DNA of 64,000 nt from Microcoleus sp. (GTDB lineage Bacteria > Cyanobacteriota > Cyanobacteriia > Cyanobacteriales > Microcoleaceae). The notes beneath the pieces are model-generated. The model searched no databases and was not told where the DNA came from. It saw only the letters and a program-made list of their open reading frames with translations. The translations under genes and the position numbers were made by a program. Shown here piece after piece: positions 9,831-20,062 of this stretch. Each line of letters opens with the position of its first letter. The stretch's first letter is position 1. Where the stretch lies: assembly GCA_042408215.1 (NCBI GenBank), contig JAYFMW010000006.1, forward strand, positions 1,018,659 to 1,082,658, in the 5' to 3' direction.

Positions 9831-11150
9831 CTAAGGCTCCAAAAGGACGTACAGAAAGACTTCCAGCCCGATCAACAGTTCCTTGACTTCCGAGGAGGCC
9901 GTCTCCTCGCTAACAGGCTCTAGGTTAACACCGATCTGGGAGCGGATTTGGAGCCACTGCTCCACCAGGGACACCAAAGACTGCGGCCCCTCCCACAGAG
10001 GTAGCAAGCAAGCAGCTATTATACAGTCGATCGCCACCGGCGCTAGAGTTGGGACAATAATATAACGACTAATCTCAAACGGCGTCTGGCTGTCAATGCA
10101 ATTAATCAAGTCTTCCCTCACCTGGGAAGTCATCAGTTGAGGGTGCAGGTGAACCCGTGCTTCCCGCCATTGAGCCTCCGTCCATTCCGCCACGGGCAGA
10201 AAATCCTGATCCCGATCGGGATTGCCGCACCAGAAATCAAACAAACGGTGCAGAGGATGTAACAAGTCAAATAAGTGCAGTCGCTCTTCCACAGAAGCTT
10301 CTGGCAGACTCATCGCCAAAAACGGAGGCAAATCATCTGCATCTTTGAACAAATCCATCAATTCCCACCTGCGCCAAGCCACCATACTGATAAACTCTAA
10401 ATCAGCAGCCCTCAACATGGCAAACAGTTCAGGCACGCTACAGCCTTTGTCACCCAACAATAAATAGTTTGCCATAATCCATCCCTCATCCTGCGCGAGA
10501 GTGGCATTCCACCCAGCCGTCTTGAGCCATATTTCATCTCTCAAGGCTTCCATAGTCTCCCGGACTATTTCTATCTCCAATTCTCCCGGACTTCCATCCA
10601 TTAATCCCATTGCTTTGAAAGCAGCTTGAGCGCGAAATATTCCCGCTCTACCATTTGAACTGTGTAGGTTTGTGCGGATGATGCCATCGCGAGCTAGAAC
10701 AGATTTCATCGCTTGCAATCCAGCAATAGCATCTGGCAAGAGATACAGAACTTCGTCAGCATTGATATAGTCAAACTGTAACCCTAAACTCGGTAATTCT
10801 TCTATTTTGATAGCATAAAATTCGGCATTTTCAAATCCGTGATATTGCAAGCGGTGGCGGGCTAATTTAACTGATTCTTCTGATAAATCAATTCCCACAA
10901 TTTTAGATCCCGGATTAGCTTGAGCCAAAACTAAGGATTTGTAGCCACTACCGCATCCCGCATCCAGAATCAGTTTGCCTTCTGTCTTGACAACTTTCCG
11001 ATTTCTGAAGTAGTAAGCAGTTACAAGATTATGAAGGTAGAGCAATTCATAGTCAGACTCAGGAGATTTTTCGAGAGGAATTCTCGGAAAAGGGGCATAG
11101 TCAAATTGCTGGCGAATTTTCTCGATTAAGTCAGATTCTTTATTTTCCAT
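9831..11150 (-). CDS. Class I SAM-dependent methyltransferase
   Basis: ILDAGCGSG motif I, GIDLS, FDYINADEVLYLL. Confidence 0.85.
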   Translation of the reverse strand: MENKESDLIEKIRQQFDYAPFPRIPLEKSPESDYELLYLHNLVTAYYFRNRKVVKTEGKLILDAGCGSGYKSLVLAQANPGSKIVGIDLSEESVKLARHRLQYHGFENAEFYAIKIEELPSLGLQFDYINADEVLYLLPDAIAGLQAMKSVLARDGIIRTNLHSSNGRAGIFRAQAAFKAMGLMDGSPGELEIEIVRETMEALRDEIWLKTAGWNATLAQDEGWIMANYLLLGDKGCSVPELFAMLRAADLEFISMVAWRRWELMDLFKDADDLPPFLAMSLPEASVEERLHLFDLLHPLHRLFDFWCGNPDRDQDFLPVAEWTEAQWREARVHLHPQLMTSQVREDLINCIDSQTPFEISRYIIVPTLAPVAIDCIIAACLLPLWEGPQSLVSLVEQWLQIRSQIGVNLEPVSEETASSEVKELLIGLEVFLYVLLEP

Positions 11151-11303
11151 TATGAATAAGTCCTGATGCTGGTAAATGAGGTTACGGCACTTCCTATTCT
11201 AAAATGGAAAGGAATGTTATCCCCAACTGATCGCCCGCCCACCCGCAACACATACTTGCAATAATAGTCTGAAAACCAGATTATATAACCAACCACGACT
11301 TCC

Positions 11304-11489
11304 ATGAACACCAACATCAGCCCCATCCTCAAAGTATTCACCCTCTCCGCCGCCCTTTCCCTCGCCATCAAGTACGCAGGGCCTAGCTTATCCATACCCT
11401 CTACCGACTTCAACGCCCTCATCGCCATCCTTTCCCCCAGTCTGATCGTAGCTGCTATCCTCGGCTGGCGGGCATCGCAACAGCAGTAG
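11304..11489 (+). CDS. Small two-TM membrane protein
   Basis: 61 aa, two hydrophobic segments. Confidence 0.6.
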   Translation: MNTNISPILKVFTLSAALSLAIKYAGPSLSIPSTDFNALIAILSPSLIVAAILGWRASQQQ

Positions 11490-11601
11490 AGAGGCGATCG
11501 AGAGTGCGATCGATCTAAACTTAGTCTAAAGACTATGCCAAAAACTCAATTCCTGCCTGTTTTCCCGTACAGCTATCAAAACCAAACTCAAGGCACTCAC
11601 C

Positions 11602-12219
11602 ATGATTCAAACCATAACAGAATTAGTAACATTTGATGAATTCATAGACTGGTATCCTGAGAATTCAGAACACCACTACGAATTACACAATGGAGAAATT
11701 GTTGAAATGCCAAAAGCAACAGGAAAACATTCTAAAGTGGCCGGTTTTACCGCACTGAAGGTAGGAATTGAGATTGAGCGTCTCAATTTGCCCTACTTCA
11801 TCCCCAAAGAATGCGTCATCAAACCCATGCGGGAGGAATCTGGGTATGAGCCAGATATCATTGTACTCAACGAACAAACTATCGGAAACGAGCCGCGATG
11901 GGATAAATCATCAATTATTACAATGGGTTCATCAGTACCTTTAATCGTAGAAGTAACTAGCACTAACTGGGGGGATGATTATGCCCTCAAACTAGAGGCT
12001 TATGAATCAATGGGCATCCAAGAATATTGGATTGTAGACTATCTAGGATTGGGCGGCAGACGGTTTATTGGGAATCCCAAACAACCTACTTTTTCAGTTT
12101 ATCAACTCGTTGATGGCGAGTACCAAGTCAAACTGTTCAGAAATGGCGATCGCATTGAGTCCCCAATTTTCCCCGAATTAAACCTGACGCCAGAGCAGGT
12201 GTTCGCCAAAGGCAAATGA
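11602..12219 (+). CDS. Uma2/DUF820 family endonuclease-like protein
   Basis: YELHNGEIVEMP, EPDIIVL, LIVEVTS and GIQEYWIVD motifs. Confidence 0.9.
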   Translation: MIQTITELVTFDEFIDWYPENSEHHYELHNGEIVEMPKATGKHSKVAGFTALKVGIEIERLNLPYFIPKECVIKPMREESGYEPDIIVLNEQTIGNEPRWDKSSIITMGSSVPLIVEVTSTNWGDDYALKLEAYESMGIQEYWIVDYLGLGGRRFIGNPKQPTFSVYQLVDGEYQVKLFRNGDRIESPIFPELNLTPEQVFAKGK

Positions 12220-12322
12220 GGATTCTGTTTCCTCTGCTGTCAAAGTAGGGTATTTTAGTGAACATAGGAGTCAACTTGAGCTGTGAACTTAGTGCCAGAC
12301 TGGTGTCTGACGATTAGGACTA

Positions 12323-12417
12323 GATCCCCCCTAGCCCCCCTTAAGAAGGGGGGAACCGGAAGCGCTCAAAGTCAACCCCTACTCCCCCTCTCCCTTAAGG
12401 GGGATTTAGGGGGATCG
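12323..12417. repeat. REP/MITE-like palindromic element
   Basis: GATCCCCCCTAGCCCCCCTTAAG…CTTAAGGGGGATTTAGGGGGATC terminal inverted repeat. Confidence 0.65.
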
Positions 12418-12516
12418 AAACTCGGTTATAAACGAGAGATACAAAGGGTTATAGTCTTATAATTCCCAATACTCTACTCCCCAATCTCAAATCTCAAATC
12501 TCAAATCTCCAACCAA

Positions 12517-12815
12517 GTCAATCACCCACCGCTAATCGGAGTACCGATATAGCGGGGGCAAGAAATTCGCCTAGTTGACCAGTCTAAGTAAGAGAACACT
12601 TCGACACTTCGACTACGCGAGCGTGCGACGCTTCGCTCAGTGGAGCCACTTTTACTACGTTTAGGGCAAGAGTTAAAGACCTACCAGTGGATGCGAAGCT
12701 AGTCCACTGCTCTAGAACTCAGAAGTTAAACAGGCTTAAGGGTTAAACCAGTGCTTTTGAGATAGTTACCGACCTTAAACATTGACGAAGCTAACATTAC
12801 CCCGCAAGGGAGGAC
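12517..12815 (+). ncRNA. IscB omegaRNA (HEARO-like) scaffold
   Basis: Closely similar to the reverse complement of 46144-46391 (GTTGACCAGTCTAAG, ACTACGTT, CATTGACGAAGC, TTACCCCGCAAGGGAG). Confidence 0.8.
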
Positions 12816-12820
12816 TTAAA

Positions 12821-14093
12821 ATGTCTAATTTTGTTTTCGTACTTGATACCCAGAAACGACCACTCAATCCAATAGGACCAGGAATGGCTCGTAAGTTACT
12901 AACTACTGGCAAAGCGGCTGTTTTCAAAAGGTATCCATTTACCATAATCCTCAAAGTGGAAGTAATAGCAACTCCAGAACCAATCACCTTAAAAATAGAT
13001 CCTGGTTCTCAAACTACTGGCATCGCATTAGTGCAAGGTAATCAGGTGATCTGGGGTGCTGAACTAACCCATCGTGGTCAAGCCATCAAAGCAAGCCTTG
13101 AGTCCCGTCGCTCAATACGTCGGTCACGCAGAAATCGCCATACTCGCTACCGGAGAGCAAGATTTTTGAATCGCACCCGATCGAAAGGTTGGTTAGCCCC
13201 TAGTTTGCAACATCGAGTCGAAACAACTTTGACTTGGGTGAACAAATTAATTAGGTTTGCCCCCATCGGTTCAATTGTTCAAGAACTGGTCAGGTTTGAT
13301 TTACAACAATTAGAAAATCCTGAAATTTCAGGCATTGAATATCAGCAAGGAGAATTAGCTGGCTACGAAGTTCGGGAATATCTATTGAACAAATGGGACA
13401 GGAAATGCGCTTACTGTAGTGTTGAAAATGTACCTTTGCAAGTAGAACATATTCGTCCCAAAGCCAAAGGTGGCAGCGATCGCATTTCTAACCTTTGCCT
13501 TGCTTGTGAGAAGTGCAACCTCAAGAAAGGTACTCAGGATGTCGAGCAATTCTTAGCCAAGAAACCAGACGTTCTGAAGTGCATTCTTGCACAAGCTAAA
13601 CGTCCTCTCAAGGATGCAGCAGCCGTCAACTCTACCAGATGGGCATTGTTCAATCGCCTTAAAGAAACGGGATTGCCTGTTTCGACTGGTTCGGGTGGAT
13701 TAACTAAGTTCAACCGGACTCGATTGAAACTAGCTAAAACCCATTGGATTGATGCCGCTTGTGTTGGTCAAATTGAATCGTTATCTGTGCTGACAAACAA
13801 GCCGTTGTTAATTAAGACGACGGGATACGGTACTCGTCAAATGTGTCGCACGGATAAATTTGGTTTCCCATCTCGCTATGTGCCACGACTTAAGTTTGTC
13901 AAGGGGTTTCAGACTGGCGACATCGTGAGGGGCAACTGTTACCAGTGGCAAGAAAATTGGCACGTATGTCGGGCGTGTTGCCGTTAGGTCTAGCGGTTCG
14001 TTCAATATCTCCGCAGATACCTTGGTTCAGGGTATTAGTTCCAAATATTGCAAAACCATTCACAAAAAGGACGGATATAACTATGCCTTTTGA
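12821..14093 (+). pseudogene. iscB: IscB nuclease with +1 frameshift near the C-terminus
   Basis: RuvC-I IDPGS, Arg-rich bridge helix, RuvC-II QELVRFD, HNH (CAYC…EHIRP…SNLCLACEKCN), RuvC-III HWIDAA. Extra G in the G4 run 13929-13932; the homologous tail continues in another frame to TGA 14093. Confidence 0.85.
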
Positions 14094-14235
14094 GCTGGTT
14101 GGTGAATTACTCAACTGTCCCCATCCCTGTTTTTGCTAACGCAAAAATTCACTCAGGGGACGTTTCGCAATTCACCCCCATTCCTCCCAACACCGAGCTG
14201 AGTACAGCTATGGTGTGGGTCTCCTGGGGGCTGAG

Positions 14236-15408
14236 ATGAAGCTAGGACAATGGATAGGCTTATTAGCCCTCATCGCATCTTGTTACATCCTGTGGCAAAT
14301 CAGGCAAGCCCTATTGCTGTTATTTACAGCAGTCGTCTTAGCCACAGCCTTAAACAGGCTAGCACGGTACTTACAGAAATTCCGGCTCAAAAGATCGATC
14401 GCCGTACTCTTATCAATTAGCTTCCTAGTCCTGATTTTCGTAGGCTTATTCCTGATCATTGTACCACCCTTTACCCAACAGTTTCAACAACTTACCCAAA
14501 GAGCCCCTCAAGGAATAGAAAGATTAAATGAGTGGATAGATCAAATTGAAGCTCGCTTTTCAGGACAATTTGGTCAGCGGCTGCCAAATCTTGATGTTAA
14601 CGACATCATGCAACAACTGCAACCTTTATTCAACCAACTCGTCGGCGGTGCAGGAGCCTTTGTCGGCAACACATTAGGCGTTATCCTCAGCTTTTTGCTC
14701 GTCATAGTTTTGACCTTGATGACATTAGCAGAACCTCTCTCTTACCGCAAAGCATTTATACAACTATTTCCATCTTTTTATCGGCGACGAGTCGATGGCA
14801 TCTTAGATGAATGCGAAATAGCCCTCGGTCGATGGGTTATCGGCGCTTTAATTAGCATGAGTGTGATTGCTTTTTTGAGCTTAATTGGTCTGTCGGTATT
14901 GCAAGTTCCCCTACCGCTAGCTCACGCTGTAGTAGCAGGATTTCTTAACCTAATTCCCAATATAGGCCCCACTCTGAGCGTCATCCCGCCAATGACGATC
15001 GCACTTTTAGATTCTCCCTTACAATCAGGTTTTGTCCTAATCCTTTACTTTCTAATTCAACAGTTTGAAAGCAACGTCCTCACCCCCTACGTCATGGCAC
15101 AGCAAGTATCACTGCTGCCAGCAGTAACATTAATAGCTCAAGTATTCTTCGCCACCTTCTTTGGATTTTTAGGCTTATTGCTAGCCCTTCCCCTCACTGT
15201 TGTTGCTCAAGTTTGGATTAGAGAAGTCTTAATTAAAGACATTCTCAACCAGTGGGACACCAATCCCAGAAACCTAGCAGCAATTGATTCTGCTATTCAC
15301 GAGGAGTACGAAGCTATAGGAGTAACACATAGCAAGCCAGAAAGCAAGCCAGAACAAAAATCAGAAATCCCAAATAATACAGAAATTGATGATCCTGAAA
15401 ATTCATAA
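14236..15408 (+). CDS. AI-2E family transporter
   Basis: Multi-TM protein with NLIPNIGP, IQQFESNVLTP and GFLGLLLALPL motifs; ATG at 14236. Confidence 0.9.
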   Translation: MKLGQWIGLLALIASCYILWQIRQALLLLFTAVVLATALNRLARYLQKFRLKRSIAVLLSISFLVLIFVGLFLIIVPPFTQQFQQLTQRAPQGIERLNEWIDQIEARFSGQFGQRLPNLDVNDIMQQLQPLFNQLVGGAGAFVGNTLGVILSFLLVIVLTLMTLAEPLSYRKAFIQLFPSFYRRRVDGILDECEIALGRWVIGALISMSVIAFLSLIGLSVLQVPLPLAHAVVAGFLNLIPNIGPTLSVIPPMTIALLDSPLQSGFVLILYFLIQQFESNVLTPYVMAQQVSLLPAVTLIAQVFFATFFGFLGLLLALPLTVVAQVWIREVLIKDILNQWDTNPRNLAAIDSAIHEEYEAIGVTHSKPESKPEQKSEIPNNTEIDDPENS

Positions 15409-15413
15409 ATTAT

Positions 15414-16962
15414 AAGAAATACCCTGAAAACCCTGTGACTTTAGTCCAGGGATGAAAGGGCGTGGCAGGATTTATCCTGCCTGTTCGTAAGTTTCAATAT
15501 AACATAATGTTTAACCGTCCCCGGACAAATACTTCTAGCAATTGAGACCAAGGTAAAGATTTGTTGAGGATTAATTAACTTGTTAATTCACGATATATAC
15601 TAAACATAGTATCATAACAGCCAGTAAGTTAAATGTACGCAGTACAAAAAGATGTTTGGCATTTAAAAGGACTCGACAAAACCATTGTCGAACAACTACT
15701 AAGATGGTCAAATAATCTGTTTAATGTCGGAACTTACGAAAGTCGGCAACAATACTTTAAGAACCAAAGCGTAGTTAAATATCCAGATTTGTATAAAATC
15801 ACCAAAACCAACGAAAATTACGGGTTGCTATACTCTCAAGTCGCCCAGCAATCTCTTAAATCTGTCGCGGAATCTTTTACTTCTTTCCGAGCCTTAGAGA
15901 AGTTGGCAAATCAAGGAGAAATCCATCAAAAACCGAGACTACCAAGGTACAGAACAAAAGGGGGAATGTACCCCGTTTCATATCCCGGTCAAGCCTTAAA
16001 GGTGATTGGAAATAAAGTCAGATTACCCCTGGGGAAAAAAGGAAAAGAATACTTTGGGAAAGATGCGATTTGGGTTCCACTACCTGAACGTATCAAGAAT
16101 TGCCAGATCGAAGAACTCAGGTTAATCCCTAGAAATGGTGAGGTCTGGGTCGAATATGTCCACGAATCTCTGACTGAGCAAGCTCCTAGTTGCAGCCTGG
16201 AAGTAACAGGGGTTCTGGGAATAGATCATGGCATCAATAACTGGTTAACTTGTGTCTCTAGCAATGGTAAACCTTTCATCATTGATGGACATAGACTCAA
16301 GTCTTGGAACCAATGGTTTAACAAAGAAAAAGCGAGAGTTCAATCAGAACACGCAATACATAAATTACCCAAAGGTTTTTCGTCAAAAAGATTACAACAG
16401 TTGTCGGAAATTCGCACTAGAAGGATGAGAGATGCTGTCAACAAAGCAGTTAGAACCATCGTAGATTATTGCGAAAATCACCAAATTAACGTCTTAGTCT
16501 TTGGTTGGAATAAAGGACAGAAGCAAGAAGTCAATATGGGGGTAGTGACTAACCAAAGTTTTGTCCAAATACCCACTGCTAAAGTCAAAGATAGACTCCA
16601 ACAAGAATGTGACTTAAAGGGGTGGCGATTTGTCGAACAAGATGAATCTTACACATCAAAAGCAAGTTTTTTAGACCGAGACATTTTGCCAGTAAAAGTC
16701 GGTGAAAAACCTGACAATTGGCAACCATCGGGTAAAAGAATCAAAAGAGGATTGTACCGTTCTAGCGCTGGGTTGTTAATCAATGCAGACGTTAACGGTG
16801 CTGCTAATATCATTAGAAAATCAATCATTTGCCATAGACTCAATTATTGAGAGAGTGGGTAGAGGGTTGCTGACTAATCCTTTGAGAATTAAACTTTGGG
16901 CGGATTCATCCCCCAAAGTTTGTCCTTAAGAATCCCCGTGTCTTTAGACCGGGGAGTGTCAA
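15414..16962 (+). mobile_element. IS1341/IS605-type tnpB-only element
   Basis: Left-end hairpin CCCTG…TTTAG…CAGGG (left boundary approximate, after TTAT). Right end AATCCCCGTGTCTTTAGACCGGGGAGTGTCAA. Confidence 0.75.
15633..16850 (+). CDS. tnpB: TnpB RNA-guided endonuclease (rearranged RuvC-II type)
   Basis: GIDHG, FGWNKGQKQ, QDESYTSKAS and INADVNGAANI motifs. Confidence 0.9.
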   Translation: MYAVQKDVWHLKGLDKTIVEQLLRWSNNLFNVGTYESRQQYFKNQSVVKYPDLYKITKTNENYGLLYSQVAQQSLKSVAESFTSFRALEKLANQGEIHQKPRLPRYRTKGGMYPVSYPGQALKVIGNKVRLPLGKKGKEYFGKDAIWVPLPERIKNCQIEELRLIPRNGEVWVEYVHESLTEQAPSCSLEVTGVLGIDHGINNWLTCVSSNGKPFIIDGHRLKSWNQWFNKEKARVQSEHAIHKLPKGFSSKRLQQLSEIRTRRMRDAVNKAVRTIVDYCENHQINVLVFGWNKGQKQEVNMGVVTNQSFVQIPTAKVKDRLQQECDLKGWRFVEQDESYTSKASFLDRDILPVKVGEKPDNWQPSGKRIKRGLYRSSAGLLINADVNGAANIIRKSIICHRLNY

Positions 16963-17054
16963 TTCAAACAACGAGGTCGATCGCCACTCACAGCATTCCC
17001 TCCCTCGACAATCCATCAATCCAAAATCTAAAATCCAAAACCTAAAATTGTATT

Positions 17055-18230
17055 ATGCGATCGATCGACGAAATCAACGATAAAATCAGCCAAGGCAAAG
17101 CCACAGTCTGGACAATCGAAGAACTCAAAAACCGAGTCCAAGAAACCAGCATTACCCAAGCCGCCAAAGAAGTCGATGTCATCACCACCGGCACCTTCGA
17201 GCCAATGGAATCATCAGGCGCAATTATCAACCTCGGCCACACAGATCCCCCCATAAAAATCCGCCAGTGCTGGCTAGACGGCGTTCTAGCCTACTCCGGC
17301 TTCGGAGCCGTAGACCTGTACCTGGGGGCCACCCAAGTAGCCGAAGAAGGCGAAGAATCGCGGGAACGAGGTGGCGGACACGTCATCGAAGATTTGATTG
17401 CTGGCAAACCCGTACAATTGCGCGCCCAGGGGCAAGTAACAGACTGCTACCCCCGTGCCTCCTTTGAAACCACAATTACCCGCGATACCATCAACCAGTT
17501 TTATTTATTCAATCCCCGGAACGCATATCAAAATTTTATTGTTGGTGTCAACGGGGGCGATCGACCACTATTCACCTACCTAGGGCCCCTACAACCAAAC
17601 CTCGGCAACGCCGTCTATTCCAGCCTAGGAGCCATGTCTCCCCTGCTAAATGACCCCGACCTCCAACTCATCGGCATCGGCACCCGCATCTTCCTAGGAG
17701 GCGCTCAGGGCTACATCACCTGGGAAGGAACCCAACACTTTCCGCTGCAAAAACGCCAGCCCAACCGCACCCCCATCGGCCCGGCCGCCACCCTCGCACT
17801 AATCGGCGACGCCAAACAGATGAACTCCAAATGGGTGCGCGGCTGCTACTTCAAAAACTACGGCCCATCGCTGATGCTGGGAGTCGGCATCCCCTTTCCC
17901 GTCTTAAACGAAACCGTCGTCGCCAACTGTGCAGTATCAGACAAAAAAATAGTAGCGCCGGTGGTAGATTTCTCTATCCCCCGGCGCGTTCGTCCCACCT
18001 TCGGTTCAGTTAGCTATGCCCAATTAAAAACAGGTCGCATTGTCATAGAGGGAAAACCCGTGCGGGCGGCCCCCCTAGCGAGTATGTTTCTCTCCCGACA
18101 AGTAGCTTTGGAATTGAAGCAGCAAATTGAAGCTGGTCAATTTACCCTGACGGCCCCAGTTGCTCCTCTACCAGCAGACAGAGTATTTCTGCCACAGGAT
18201 GTGTGGGGGGCACAAGTCAGACTAGATTGA
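17055..18230 (+). CDS. DUF39 homocysteine-biosynthesis / aspartate-semialdehyde sulfurtransferase family protein
   Basis: VDVITTGTFEPM, GGGHVIEDL, NPRNAYQN and IGIGTRIFLGGA motifs. Confidence 0.8.
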   Translation: MRSIDEINDKISQGKATVWTIEELKNRVQETSITQAAKEVDVITTGTFEPMESSGAIINLGHTDPPIKIRQCWLDGVLAYSGFGAVDLYLGATQVAEEGEESRERGGGHVIEDLIAGKPVQLRAQGQVTDCYPRASFETTITRDTINQFYLFNPRNAYQNFIVGVNGGDRPLFTYLGPLQPNLGNAVYSSLGAMSPLLNDPDLQLIGIGTRIFLGGAQGYITWEGTQHFPLQKRQPNRTPIGPAATLALIGDAKQMNSKWVRGCYFKNYGPSLMLGVGIPFPVLNETVVANCAVSDKKIVAPVVDFSIPRRVRPTFGSVSYAQLKTGRIVIEGKPVRAAPLASMFLSRQVALELKQQIEAGQFTLTAPVAPLPADRVFLPQDVWGAQVRLD

Positions 18231-18248
18231 CAATTTTAGATGGGCGAT

Positions 18249-19493
18249 TTACGGCTCAACAGGCTTAGGTTTCTTCACCGGCTTAGCAAGGGGTTCCTTG
18301 GGAACTGGGGGCGCTCCGGCTGAGGGCTTGATGTGAGGACGCTCTATAGGAGAACCGTCACCGCGAGGCTGTGGGGTAAATGGACGCTTCCCTCCCCCTC
18401 CTTTGAAGCCACCGGGTTTGCTACCGGGGGGGAATTTCCGCTTTTTGATCGGTAGCGCCCCAATATTGTTAGCCTGCTGAATCATCAGACTATCAGCCTG
18501 CAACTTGACGTGAAAATCCCAAAAAAACCCGATCGCCTTTGTTGCTAAATCTCCCTTGAGTTTCAACTTAAAAAACTTCATCTTGTTTTCGTCATTCTTG
18601 CGGGGAGCTTGCTTAATCTTGACGATGACATATTTTTCTTGATCGTGGGATTGATAGATGACCTCGCCTCGAATCGAAAAATAGCCATCTTCAACATCAG
18701 GTTCAGAGGGCGACAAAGGTGCGGTTGAGGCTTCGCCACTGCTCTCAATTTCTCCTGTGTCTAGATTTTCCTCGTCAGAGGAAGGTTCGGGAGGTTTTTT
18801 GAGCGTTTCGGGCTCCCAAACTCCCATAATCTGGGCGTGCAAGTTGCCGTCTTCTTGTCGGGTGCGGGGATAGACCACCCACAGGTGTTCTTGTTCCAAG
18901 TCCAGGTGATTTTTGACTAAACTCATGACTCTACCCAGCAAAACTGCGTCGATGGCAGTTCCGTCGGAAGCTATGAGCATACCCCGCGTGAATTGCTCTT
19001 CTGATTGGGTGTAGCGGCCCCGCACCAAACCAACAGCTCGGTACTGTCTGGGTTCGCTGGGGGGGGGAATCGGATGTTGGCGCATGACAGCGGGTATGCC
19101 ATCGGTGGCTTCGCTTTCGTGAGTGGTTGTGTCGGCTGTCGCGGGCGGCGCGACTGCAATAGCTGGAGTATCACTGGCCGATGCCGAAGGTGCTGCCTGT
19201 TTGGAGGGTGTAGGAGGATTGCTGGGCGGGTTTTTGGGCTTTGCTTGCTCCTTCGGGCCAGAACTGTAGCGTGGTCGTTGCAGTGCTTCCTTGGACGCTG
19301 GAGCGTCCGTTGGTGTTGGCGCTTTATATTGGTCAACAGGTGCAGCCGAGGTGGCAGACAGGGGACTTTCGTCTGGTGTCTGGGGCTCGGAGGCTGTATC
19401 TTTGGGCGGATTGACGGCCAGTTCGCTCGGCTGAGCCGATCGAGCTGAAGTAGATTTGGACGATTTGGAAGACCGGTTGGGAGAGGGGTTCAT
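18249..19493 (-). CDS. Conserved cyanobacterial hypothetical protein with Pro/Ser-rich N-terminus
   Basis: Long ORF with core HPIPPPSEPRQYRAVGLVRG…LWVVYPRT; GGAG upstream of ATG 19493. Confidence 0.75.
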   Translation of the reverse strand: MNPSPNRSSKSSKSTSARSAQPSELAVNPPKDTASEPQTPDESPLSATSAAPVDQYKAPTPTDAPASKEALQRPRYSSGPKEQAKPKNPPSNPPTPSKQAAPSASASDTPAIAVAPPATADTTTHESEATDGIPAVMRQHPIPPPSEPRQYRAVGLVRGRYTQSEEQFTRGMLIASDGTAIDAVLLGRVMSLVKNHLDLEQEHLWVVYPRTRQEDGNLHAQIMGVWEPETLKKPPEPSSDEENLDTGEIESSGEASTAPLSPSEPDVEDGYFSIRGEVIYQSHDQEKYVIVKIKQAPRKNDENKMKFFKLKLKGDLATKAIGFFWDFHVKLQADSLMIQQANNIGALPIKKRKFPPGSKPGGFKGGGGKRPFTPQPRGDGSPIERPHIKPSAGAPPVPKEPLAKPVKKPKPVEP

Positions 19494-20062
19494 AAAAACT
19501 CCTTGCAGCGGAGACACATCCCTTAAGGGAGATTAGGAATAAACTGAAGAAACTGCTTTAAAAACTACTAGCACCAGACAGGCGGGCCGGTGGGCCCGCT
19601 GGTCTGGTTTTGACCCGTCAACGCCAACTTTCAATGCGTTAGGTGTGTCGATCGGTTCGCTGGCTGCTAAAATCCTTGTGAGCAAGGACTTTGAGAGTTG
19701 CTGAACCTTCGATCGCGCCCATTGAAAGTTGGAGTTGCTGGCTAATAGCATTTAGGATATTCAGCTTGCCTATTTTACTTAATCCAATTACCGAACGGGC
19801 TGATCCGCCATATTTTTGGTAATTTTGAGCAAGACCAAACTCAATTGGACAGACTACGCACTCCTTGGGGCTGCGAGTCTTGGTGTCCAAAATTGTTTAG
19901 CTAGCATGGAGTTGTGGGTCTGTTACCATATTAGCTGCAAGTAAAAGGTTGCTTTGTCACAGTTGGGGCCCTAAAGTTAAAAACCTGATGGACTTGGCAT
20001 AGGCAGCAGGTGATGCCTTCAATCTCAGAAAATAGTAAATTTTAAGCTGAAATAGTTGAATT

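Larger units (their letters stand above)
12517..14235 (+). mobile_element. Non-autonomous IS200/IS605-superfamily IscB element #1
   Basis: Starts GTCAATCACCC; then omegaRNA, iscB and a terminal hairpin region; immediately followed by ATGA. Confidence 0.8.

Noticed and set aside
15480..15600. tnpA remnant on the minus strand (TVKHYV)
   Set aside because: Similarity is too short and weak to support by eye.
15633..16850. Catalytically dead TnpB, because the canonical RuvC-II Glu is missing
   Set aside because: The GxN…ESYTSK pattern fits the known rearranged-site TnpB group, in which a downstream Glu substitutes.
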